Positions 34,644 through 43,281 of a stretch of DNA of 43,281 nt are shown one piece after another (the first letter of the stretch is position 1; every line of letters starts with the position of its first letter). A model generated the notes under the pieces. It was not told where the DNA came from. It saw nothing but the letters and a program-made list of their open reading frames with translations, and searched no databases. Position numbers and translations under genes: made by a program. This DNA comes from Chiloscyllium plagiosum (lineage: Eukaryota), in the NCBI RefSeq assembly GCF_004010195.1, contig NC_057719.1, positions 23,501,217 through 23,544,497 on the forward strand. The letters run 5' to 3'.

Positions 34644-34732
34644 GTTGATGAAGAGCTTTTGTCCGAAACTTCGATTTTCCTGCTGCTCAGATGCTGCCTG
34701 ACCTGCTGTGCTTTTCCAGCACCACACTCTCG
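34644..34732 (+). mobile_element. Penelope-like terminal fragment with decayed hammerhead
   Basis: tTGATGA A gagcttttgtcc GAAA cttcga..., the family of 2088 and 14563. Imperfect TSD aagccaatt / aagtcaatt. Confidence 0.8.
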
Positions 34733-36107
34733 AAGTCAATTCTGACTCCTTGCGGCCATGTCACCACGGATCCCATGCATCCCAATCTTCTGGATGAGCC
34801 TACCATGAGGGGTCTTGTTGAAAGTTTTATTAAAATCCATATAAACAACATCCACTTCCCTACCCTCATTGATGACCTTCACCATGTCCTTGAAAAATTC
34901 AATCAAGTTAATAAGACATGACCTGCCCCACACAAAGTCATGCTGGCTGTCCCTAATTATGTCATGCTTTTAAAAATGCAGGTAAATCCTATCCCTAAGA
35001 ATTCTTGCCAATAGCTTTCCAACCACCAATGTAAGACTCACTGGTCTATAGTTTCCTGGGTTATCCCAATTTCCCTTCTTAAACAAAGGGACAACATTAG
35101 CTACTCTCCAGTGGCTAGCGAGGATACAAAGATCTTGGTCAAGGCCCAAGCAATTTCCTCGCTTGCATCTCTCAAAAACCTCAGGTTGATACTATTGGGC
35201 CCTGGGGACTTATCCATTTTAATGCTCTTCAACACCATTTCTTTCTTGATCTCAAAATGCCTGATCATATTAGCATGCTCCACACTAATCTCACTATCCT
35301 CCATATCCTTCTGCTGGGTGAACACTGACAGGATAATTTAGGATCTCACCCACATCCTCCAAGCATAAGTTCCATCCTTTATCCTTGTGGTTCTACCTTC
35401 TCCCTAGTTGTTCTCCTGCTTTTAATATATATGTAGAATGCCTTGGAATTCTCTTTGACGCCACTTGCCAAGGTCACTTCATGGCCGTTCTTGCTCTCCT
35501 AATTCCCTGCTTGAGTTCTTTTCTGGAATCAGGATAAATAAACTGTAAGATATCTTCTGTCTAAACCTAACTTCTTCAATGTTAATCTTCACTGTTAATC
35601 ATGTATTGCTGATTTAAACTTCTTCAGAATCATCAATTCATGGAATGATACAGCTTAGGGTTTCATTCAACCAATTGTGATGGTTTCAGATCTTTGATTG
35701 AGCTATTCAGTTCAATACCCCATTGCTTTGTAAATGTTCCCCTCATGATTTTTATTCAATTCCACGACTAAAAAAATTTCTTGAATTTGCTTTCAACATA
35801 TTTTCAAAAGTTGCATTGCAGATCAAAACAAATTGCTGGGTATTTTTTTGTTCTCATGTTTTTTTTGCCAATCAAATTGTAGCACTTGGTTTATATTGCC
35901 CCCATCTTTCTTTCTAACACACAAAAAGCTATTCCTCAGTTAGCATTCCTAATATTATCCTAAAAAATGCTGTGCCAAATGGGAAAGAATCGCTTTCCCC
36001 AAAGAAAACATGAAATGAAAGTGGGTGAATTCCTGATTGTCAGTGCTACAAAAGAAAAACTGTTAACTGACTTGAACTAAACTGACCCAAAAACCTTCCT
36101 TTTTAGT

Positions 36108-36421
36108 GGGCGGCATGGTGGCACAGTGGTTAGCACTGCTGCCTCACAGCGCCAGAGACCCGGGTTCAGTTCCTGCCTCAGGCGACTGACTGTGTGGAGT
36201 TTGCACATTCTCCCCGTGTCCGCGGGGGTTTCCTCCGGGTGCTCCGGTTTCCTCCCACAGTTCCAAAGATGTGCAGGTCAGGTGAATTGGCCATGCTAAA
36301 TTGTCCGTAGTGTTAGGTAAGGGGTAAATGTAGGGGTATGGGTGGTTTGCGCTTCGGCGGGTTGGTGTGGACTTGTTGGGCCGAAGGGCCTGTTTCCACA
36401 CTGTCAAGTAATCTAATCTAA
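36108..36421 (+). mobile_element. HE1-type SINE, full length
   Basis: gggcggcatggtggcacagtggttagcactgctgcctcacagcgccagagacccgggttca head, V-domain, CR1-like tail and (taatc)n end. Confidence 0.95.
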
Positions 36422-36496
36422 CTTTTAATAATTTATCGAATAAAATCTTTCAACTTGCTTCTTGCTTATTTCTTTTCATTTCTAGCTCACCATCTC

Positions 36497-37110
36497 TACT
36501 GACCCTCCTGACTCTCCTGACCCTCCAGTTCACTGAATTTCCTTCTTGTCCTTCCCTTCCTGACACTCCTGTTTTTCGCTACCTGCCCCTGGACTGCATG
36601 CATACCTTCCCAATCACACAATTCCCACTCTTATCACTCCTCTCACTGACCCTCACCCACCTCACTTCCTTCACTGACCCTCACAATTACTAATCCTCAC
36701 ACTAATTGACCCTCACACTCACTGGTCCTCTCACCAATCCTCACACTCACTGACCCTCCTATTCTCCATTTCCCTCACTGACCTACTCACTCACTATTTC
36801 CTGCACTGACCCTCAGATTCCCGATTTTCTTCACTGACCCTCACACTCACTATTTCCCTCACTTATTCTCACAATCTTCACTTCCCTCACTATCATCACA
36901 CTCAGTACTTCCTTCAACAAACTTCTGAGTCATCACTTCCCTCATTGACACCCTCACTTACCCTTCTCCTGACTGGCAGTTTCATTTCCCATGTTCCTCA
37001 CTGACCCTCCATCTTACCATCTCTCCTGCTCACACAAATTCCCACATACTGCATCACTCCCTAATTCTCCCACCCACTCCTTTCCTCACCACCTCATCTT
37101 CTCACTGTCT
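36497..37110 (+). repeat. Degenerate pyrimidine-rich minisatellite (cactgaccctc-based)
   Basis: Many irregular copies of (ct)cactgaccctc(acact). Confidence 0.75.
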
Positions 37111-37364
37111 TTCCTGCACACCAACCTTACAACTTGTTGCTTTCACTCACTCAAATCCTTGCTATGAGCGATGACACAAAGATTATTGGTGTGAAGAAGA
37201 CAACAAGCAAGGAAGTGAGAGTAGTGGAAAGGAAGGAGGGGTTGGAGAAGTGCATGCATCAGGGAGAAGTGAGCAGCTAGTTCAGTGAACGGGAGACTCG
37301 GCGAATGGGAGAATTGGCAAGCAGGATGCTGAATGCAATGGAATCGTGCCGTTATTCTCCATTT

Positions 37365-37750
37365 AATCAATACTCTGCCCTTTTATTCTTTCTGTAAAAT
37401 TGAAGTACTTGACGTTTTCCCACATTATAATCCATTTGCCAGATATTTTACTACTCACTCAACCTCAATCATACCATTGCTCCCCTCATCGAAGTCACTG
37501 ATCTGAATTATAACAAGGTGTGTCCCCAACATAGATCTTTACTGTATGCCACGCATCAAGCCCTGCCAATGATAAAAATATTTATTTGTGCAATCTCTCT
37601 GTTTCCAGACAGCCTTATGTCCAAGTTAAGATACGTTACTGCCTACATCATTAGCTCCTAATTTCCATAATAAACTGTTCAGTGGTACCTTGTGAGATGC
37701 CTTTTGGAAATCAAATTACAGTGTATCAATGGTTCCCCTTTATCGACAAT
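37365..37750 (-). mobile_element. Heavily decayed CR1 RT fragment
   Basis: ttttcccacattataatccatttgccaga and gtggtaccttgtgagatgccttttggaaatc resemble CR1 RT reverse-complement motifs elsewhere in the window. Confidence 0.55.
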
Positions 37751-38149
37751 AGCTCAAGGAGGAAGCCTACAGTCATTAGCTTCTTAATGTCATCACCATC
37801 AGATTTCCACAGACAATTATGTGTGGGCAAGAAATGCTGGGCATTTCCTGAGAATGAATGCTATAATTCCACCAAGCTGCCTTCACAATGTATTTTTCAC
37901 CTGACAATTCCATGGTGACATGTGATTGTTGACAATTTAAAAAATGATCCTTTGATGCATTAAAAAATAGATCTTAATCCTTAACCTCTGGAGATGAGGA
38001 ATTAGACTTGCCCGACAATCTAATATAAGGAAACTTATTTTATATCATTCTGGTAAACAGTGTCTGATTCTTGGTAAGAAAGAAAGTAGAAGTAAAAACG
38101 TAGGTTTATTTAAAATGTTTTGCAATCCCAGGGTACCCACAAACTGTAT

Positions 38150-38420
38150 GTTTCCACTGTTGATAGAGTAACGTTGCTGGATTTGCATCACAATAAACAT
38201 GCCGGATATATTGTGCACAGCAAGATCCCACAAACAACAGCTGTGACAATGGCCAGGAAATCTTTTGCGGTGGTGTTTGTGGAGGGATAAACTTTGGTCT
38301 GTTGCTTTTTACATGATGTCATGGGATGTATTTCAGCCAAGTGAGAGGACAGCTGAGGCTTCAATCCATCTGAAAGTCAGCACTTCCAATAACTCTGCAC
38401 TCCTTCAGCAATGCACTAAA
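38150..38420 (-). mobile_element. Deu-domain SINE remnant
   Basis: tgcacagcaagatcccacaaac..gagggataaa..catgggat..catctgaaag..cagcacttccaat..gcactccttcagcaatgcact. Confidence 0.7.
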
Positions 38421-38519
38421 ATCACAAAGTGAATTAGGTGGTATTTTCCCAGATGACCACTTCCATAACATGGTATTTACCTCTTCTACCAGTATCTGTT
38501 ACTGAGCAAGGATTATGGG

Positions 38520-39881
38520 GTCATAGAATTATACACCAAGGAAACAGACCCTTCAGCCCAACTCATCCATGCTGACTAGGTTTTCTAAACTGAACCAGTC
38601 CCATTTGCCTATACTTGCCCATATCCCTCTAAACCTTTCCTATTAATGTAGCTGTCCAACTGTCTTACAGAGACATATTGTAATTGGACTCCTCTGCTGT
38701 TGGGAAAGAACCTTGACTATTCACTTTATTTATGCCCCTCATGATTTCATAAACCTCTACAAGGTCACCTCTCAGCCTCTGATGTTCCAGGGAATAAAGT
38801 TCCAGCTTATTCAGCCTCTCTTTAGAACTCAAACTTCCAGTCTTACTGACATTCTTGCAAATCAGTTTTGTACCCTTTCCAGTTTAATAACATCCTTCCA
38901 ATAGCAGGAATACAAGAATTGTATGCAGTGTTCCAGTTGTGGCCTTACCAATGACTTGTACAGCCATAAAATGACATCCCAACTCCTGGATTCAGTACTC
39001 TGACCAATGAAGCCAAACCAATCAGTCCCTTAAGTTATCAGGATAGGTGGATAAATTGGTTAAGAAGGCATATGGGATATTTACTTTAATGCTGGAACTG
39101 TATAAAATGTTGGTTAAGTCACAGCTAGCATATTGTGTGCAGGTCTGGACTCCATATTATAAGAGGGATGTGATCATATTGGAGAGGGTATAGAGGCGAT
39201 TTACCAGGACATTGCCTGGGCTGGAGAGTTTCAGTTATGAAGAGAGACTCGATACACTGTTTCCCTTAGATAGGTTGCTTCCCTTAGAGTAATAGAGATG
39301 GAAAGGGGCATGATTGAGATGTACAAAATTATGAAAGGCACAAACAGGATACCTCTTCCCTTGATTGATGGATCAGTGACCAAAGGCATAGATTTAAATT
39401 CAGGAGCAGAAGGTTGAGAGAAAATGTGAGGAAAAGCTTTTACCCCCAGAGGGTGGTGGGAATCTGGGACTCACTGCCTATAAGAGTGATAGAAGCACAA
39501 ACACTAATGATGAAAAGTAGTGTACCCAACACCAATCCTTGTGGCACCAATTCACTGGTCACAGGCCTCCAGTCTGAAAAACAACCCTCCACCACCACCC
39601 CCTGTCTTCTACCTTCGAACCAATTCTGTATCCAAATGGCTAGTTCTCCCTGTATTCCATGAGATCTAACCTTGCTAACCAGTCTACCATGAGGAATCTT
39701 GTCGAACGCCTTACTGTCCACATAGTCCGCATAGATAATGTCTATCGCTCTGCCAAGGGATATACATCTATGGGAAACATGCTGGAAAATACAATTAGAA
39801 TAGGCAAATGGCTGTTTTTAATTGGTGTGGACATGATGCATGGAAGAGCCTTTTTCTGTGCAGTAGTTGTCTATGATTCTA
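38520..39881. mobile_element. Cluster of four interleaved CR1 pieces (-, +, -, +)
   Basis: 38520-39016 minus 3' end; ~39023-39503 plus; ~39505-39752 minus RT core (SKAFDKIPHGRL..VPQGLVLGTLLFII); ~39755-39881 plus 3' tail. Confidence 0.85.
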
Positions 39882-40853
39882 AGCACAGAAGCAATAAGTA
39901 CAACTACACTTGGTCAGTCATAACTATTAGGAAGTGATACAGATATATCTGCTCACTCGGAAAGCTGGAGTAGAACCCACAGAGGTGTGTGATATCAGTA
40001 GACTGGGTGGAGACAATGTAATATGAGCATTAACCACATCTGAACATTGATTTATGCAGCAAAGTTTGTATGCACTTTCCTCAGTGGCTAATTGTAGACA
40101 TCTCAAATTTACATCCCAAGGGCAGCAAGTAGCAGTGAAGTACTGTTAATCTGCTCTTCAAAACCCTGGACTCACAACTTTCAGTTTACACTAAAGTGAC
40201 AATCACAGGAGATTGCACACTTGCATATGTATTTTCTCAATGCTAACTGCAAACAGAAAAATGTTAAATCTACATTCAACCTAAGCAAATATCTTTTATC
40301 TCAAGATTGAGTTCCTGTTCTCTGATGTTTTCATAAAATTTGCACACCAGTTAACAAAATCATGATCTGATTCACCCTGAGTTGTGTAACTATCCAAACA
40401 TTAGCATTTATAAAGTGCAACCAGAAACTGAATACCAAGGAAGTCCCAATTCTCATGCCGATTGCTGGTTATTCTAATCTACCTGGGCTCAGTTAAAACA
40501 TATTGATGGGCATATCAAAATTTCTCAAGAAATATGTAAAAGTTATCTCAACCTAACAGGATATCTTCGTAGCTGAAATTCCCCTCTGGACTAAATCCTA
40601 TTAAGTCAGCATTCCTTTCTGCATGTATCGTATTACATAGCATTTAGTTTCACCTGAAGGATGTTGCAGCATTTGTGATTTATTGCTAATTTTACATGCA
40701 ATTATTCCAACTTGAATAATGATGGCTCCTTACGGGATTGCTGTTTTAGCTCTTGCTTATTTTAGGATCATATTAATGACTGAAGTTCATTAATGGTTAT
40801 TTACAATTGGTGAAAAAAATGCTTGTGTGATTATTAAAAAAATAAATGCTTAC

Positions 40854-40940
40854 CTTTCATAAACACAGTGATTCTTTTCATATTCATATTTGATAAACTT
40901 TTTTTCCAGGCTATGTTGAGCTTTTAAATATTTTAACAGG
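40854..40940 (-). CDS. Candidate coding exon (87 nt) of an unidentified gene
   Basis: Minus strand: branch-like ctaat, tract ttattttctgcacctcttacag|, donor AAG|gtaagc. Length is a multiple of 3 and exactly one frame is open (LLKYLKAQHSLEKKFIKYEYEKNHCVYE). I do not recognise the protein. Confidence 0.35.
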
Positions 40941-42321
40941 CTGTAAGAGGTGCAGAAAATAAATTAGACACAGGCATATAGATACTGAAGGAGTAGGCAA
41001 TTCAAATGCACTGATCAACATTGAGGATACATTTGCTCTCTTAACATCTGGCATTGTTTTTGAACTATACAACTTCAGTTACATCTTGCTAGCATTATCT
41101 GGACTTAACAAGCTATCTTGAAATTGCTTACAAATGGGTGATTCCCACAGTCACAAACCCCCTGAAATCTAGCACCCTACAAAAATGTTAATAGACAAAG
41201 ATTAGAAGTTTAGATATGATGCATCAGTTAGTTAGACAGACAGAGAAAGGAAAAATACCACTTGTGACAGATGAGAACACTTTACTGACTTTGAAGGCAT
41301 TTTGTAGAAGGTGGAAGGAGAGGCAGTGGGCTCCTGTGGTTTGGAGTGGTGAAGCGTTCATTCGTGATGTTTCACATCCTTTGGTGACAATCTTTGGCAG
41401 TAATAGTCTTCGTTCTTCCCTCCAAATCCTAGTCTTCTGCCACTTCTCACCTAGGTTGGAAATCTATGCTGTCAATCACTTGTCTGAATCTTTCCTGCAA
41501 ATAACCATGGACACCTGGTTAATAACTCTGGCCTTGCCTGTCTTCAAATGAGGGTTAGTTTACCATTTCTGTTAAGAACAAAAAACTCTTAATTTTTCCA
41601 ATCAATTCATTGATAATAAGGTACATATGGCAACAAATAGATTGATGACATTAGTTCAATGAAGAATCGTGACCTCAGTAATCCTTTTGTTTTCGTATGC
41701 CAAAAATTGGAAAAATAATTACTGCAGTAAGCGCAGTTAAACAAAATCTCATGCTATTCAGTAAATGCTAGGAAAATTTAGTTGTAAAAGGACCCCAATT
41801 TCTGACATATTCATTGAAGATAAACTTTTCCCAGGATAAGTTGAGCTATTAAATATCTTAATTGACTGGTAGTGATGAAGAAGATAACTTAGAATCAAAC
41901 ATGTAACTGACTGACAGAGTAGATAATTCAATGCATAGATCAACACTGAGTGCAGCTAGCCTTTTGATAATTGCCTTTGTTTTCAATTTAAGTCTTGTTA
42001 ATAGCTTCGAGACTCAAATTCCGGTCTTTGTCTAGCAACATTTATGTGGGATACCTAAGGACAATAAAATTGTTTTATATTTGACATAATATATACACTG
42101 TGCTTCATATGATCTTCAAAACCATTTCTAGTTAATATCTATAAACTTTAGGGAGAAGGACTGTCGTGTATAGCCTTTTGATGGATTGGTTGGTTTGAAA
42201 TTCAACTTAAAAGAAAGCAAAGCTCCCTGCTTATCTTCAAATAGCATTTTTTTTACCCAAAATGTACCTGGATGAAAAATGTTTCCTAACAAGGTAGTGA
42301 CTGCAACAATGAGGTACACAG

Positions 42322-42727
42322 TGTTTTGACACAGGGTAAACCCTCCTGCTAAATTTAAAATTAGCAACACAGAAAAGATTCGACCCGTTTGGTAATCCAT
42401 AAAAATTCAAGTGGCTAAGAACTATTTTAAGTAAACATTAACAGCTTTATTCCTTTAAGTATAACTATCAACTATTTACCATTCCTTATTCTAACCAATC
42501 TGTTACCTCCCCTTCTATAATACTAGTCTGATAAAACTCCCAATTAAGATTTACAAAACAAGACTTCTTATCTCAAAACCAGGCAGCTTTCATTCTTCTT
42601 TTCGGATCTTCCTGTGTCTTTTCTTTTTCTTAGCAATTTCTGCATCACAGGTTACTGATCTTTCTTAGGAGAGCTATTTTTCAGGCAGTCTGTTTACATG
42701 CTGGGCTTGGCAGTTCTCCTCTCAACT
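42322..42727. mobile_element. Probable LTR fragment cut by the SINE
   Basis: TG start and an AT-rich layout loosely like the other LTRs. No second end or TSD visible. Confidence 0.4.
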
Positions 42728-43001
42728 CTGCCTCACAGCGCCAGAGACCTGGGTTCAATTCTTGCCTCAGGCGACTGACTGTGTGGAGTTTGCACATTCT
42801 CCCCGTGCCTGCGTGGGTTTCCTCCGGGTGCTCCGGTTTCCTCCCATAGTCCAAAAGTGTGCAGGTTAGATGAATTGGCCAAGCTAAATTGCCCGTAGTG
42901 TTAGGTGTCGGGGAATGGGTCTGGGTGGGTGCGCTTCGGCGGGTCGGTGTGGACTTGGTGGGCCGAAGGGCCTGTTTCCACACTGTAATCTAATCTAATC
43001 T
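42728..43001 (+). mobile_element. HE1-type SINE, 5'-truncated
   Basis: Matches 36138-36421 and ends (taatc)n. Confidence 0.93.
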
Positions 43002-43281
43002 AGAACATAGAACATAGAACAATACAGCACAGAACAGGCCCTTCGGCCCACGATGTTGTGCCGAACATTTGTCCTAGCTTAAGAACCCATCCATGTACCT
43101 ATCCAATTGCCGCTTAAAGGTCACCAAAGATTCTGACTCTACCACTCCCACAGGCAGCGCATTCCATGCCCCCACCACTCTCTGGGTAAAGAACCCACCC
43201 CTGACATCTCCCCTATACCTTCCACCCTTCACCATAATGTTATGTCCCCTTGTAACACTCTGTTGTACCAGGGGAAAAAGT
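43002..43281 (-). mobile_element. Young CR1 LINE 3' end (runs off the window)
   Basis: Reverse complement of 5885-6060, with a short (agaacat)n tail. Confidence 0.92.

Larger units (their letters stand above)
32946..35525 (-). mobile_element. Long decayed CR1 LINE interrupted by a solo LTR and a PLE fragment
   Basis: Minus ORFs give MDKSPGP, GRSCLINLIEFF..VDVVYMDFNKTFNKTPHGRL and LYKTLVRPFLEYCVQFW. 3' tail catagaacata at ~32949. Confidence 0.93.

Noticed and set aside
36108..36180. tRNA-like A/B box sequences (also near 15100, 24570, 25100, 42730)
   Set aside because: These are SINE heads followed by SINE bodies, not tRNA genes.
36497..37110. Repeat-spacer-like pattern suggestive of CRISPR
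   Set aside because: Irregular, degenerate low-complexity units in vertebrate DNA with no cas genes.

Overview
Repeat-dominated vertebrate genomic DNA, almost certainly from an elasmobranch (shark or ray), inferred from four HE1-type SINEs and abundant HER1/CR1-clade LINE fragments. I find no intact long protein-coding gene. The ORF track is mostly decayed CR1 reverse transcriptase, Penelope GIY-YIG and Harbinger transposase remnants, or chance ORFs. Two well-formed, phase-compatible splice-site pairs on the minus strand (40854-40940 and 32208-32280) suggest the window may be intronic to an unidentified gene. The most striking signal is about 11 Penelope-like (PLE) terminal elements from at least four families. 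Most carry a minimal hammerhead-ribozyme core (CUGAnGA+1 nt, helix II, GAAA, NUH) whose helices covary between families. Six are inverted-repeat insertions with 11-14 bp target-site duplications (TSDs) and a short unpaired tail. One (2088-2453) encloses an inverted copy of host DNA from about 0.4-0.5 kb upstream. Other contents: a ~340 bp inverted duplication, a ~230 bp direct duplication, three solo LTRs with TSDs, Tigger-like MITEs, Deu-type SINEs and a ~62-copy heptamer grown from a CR1 tail. Coordinates and identities were read by eye, and family names come from recalled consensus features, not from a database search.
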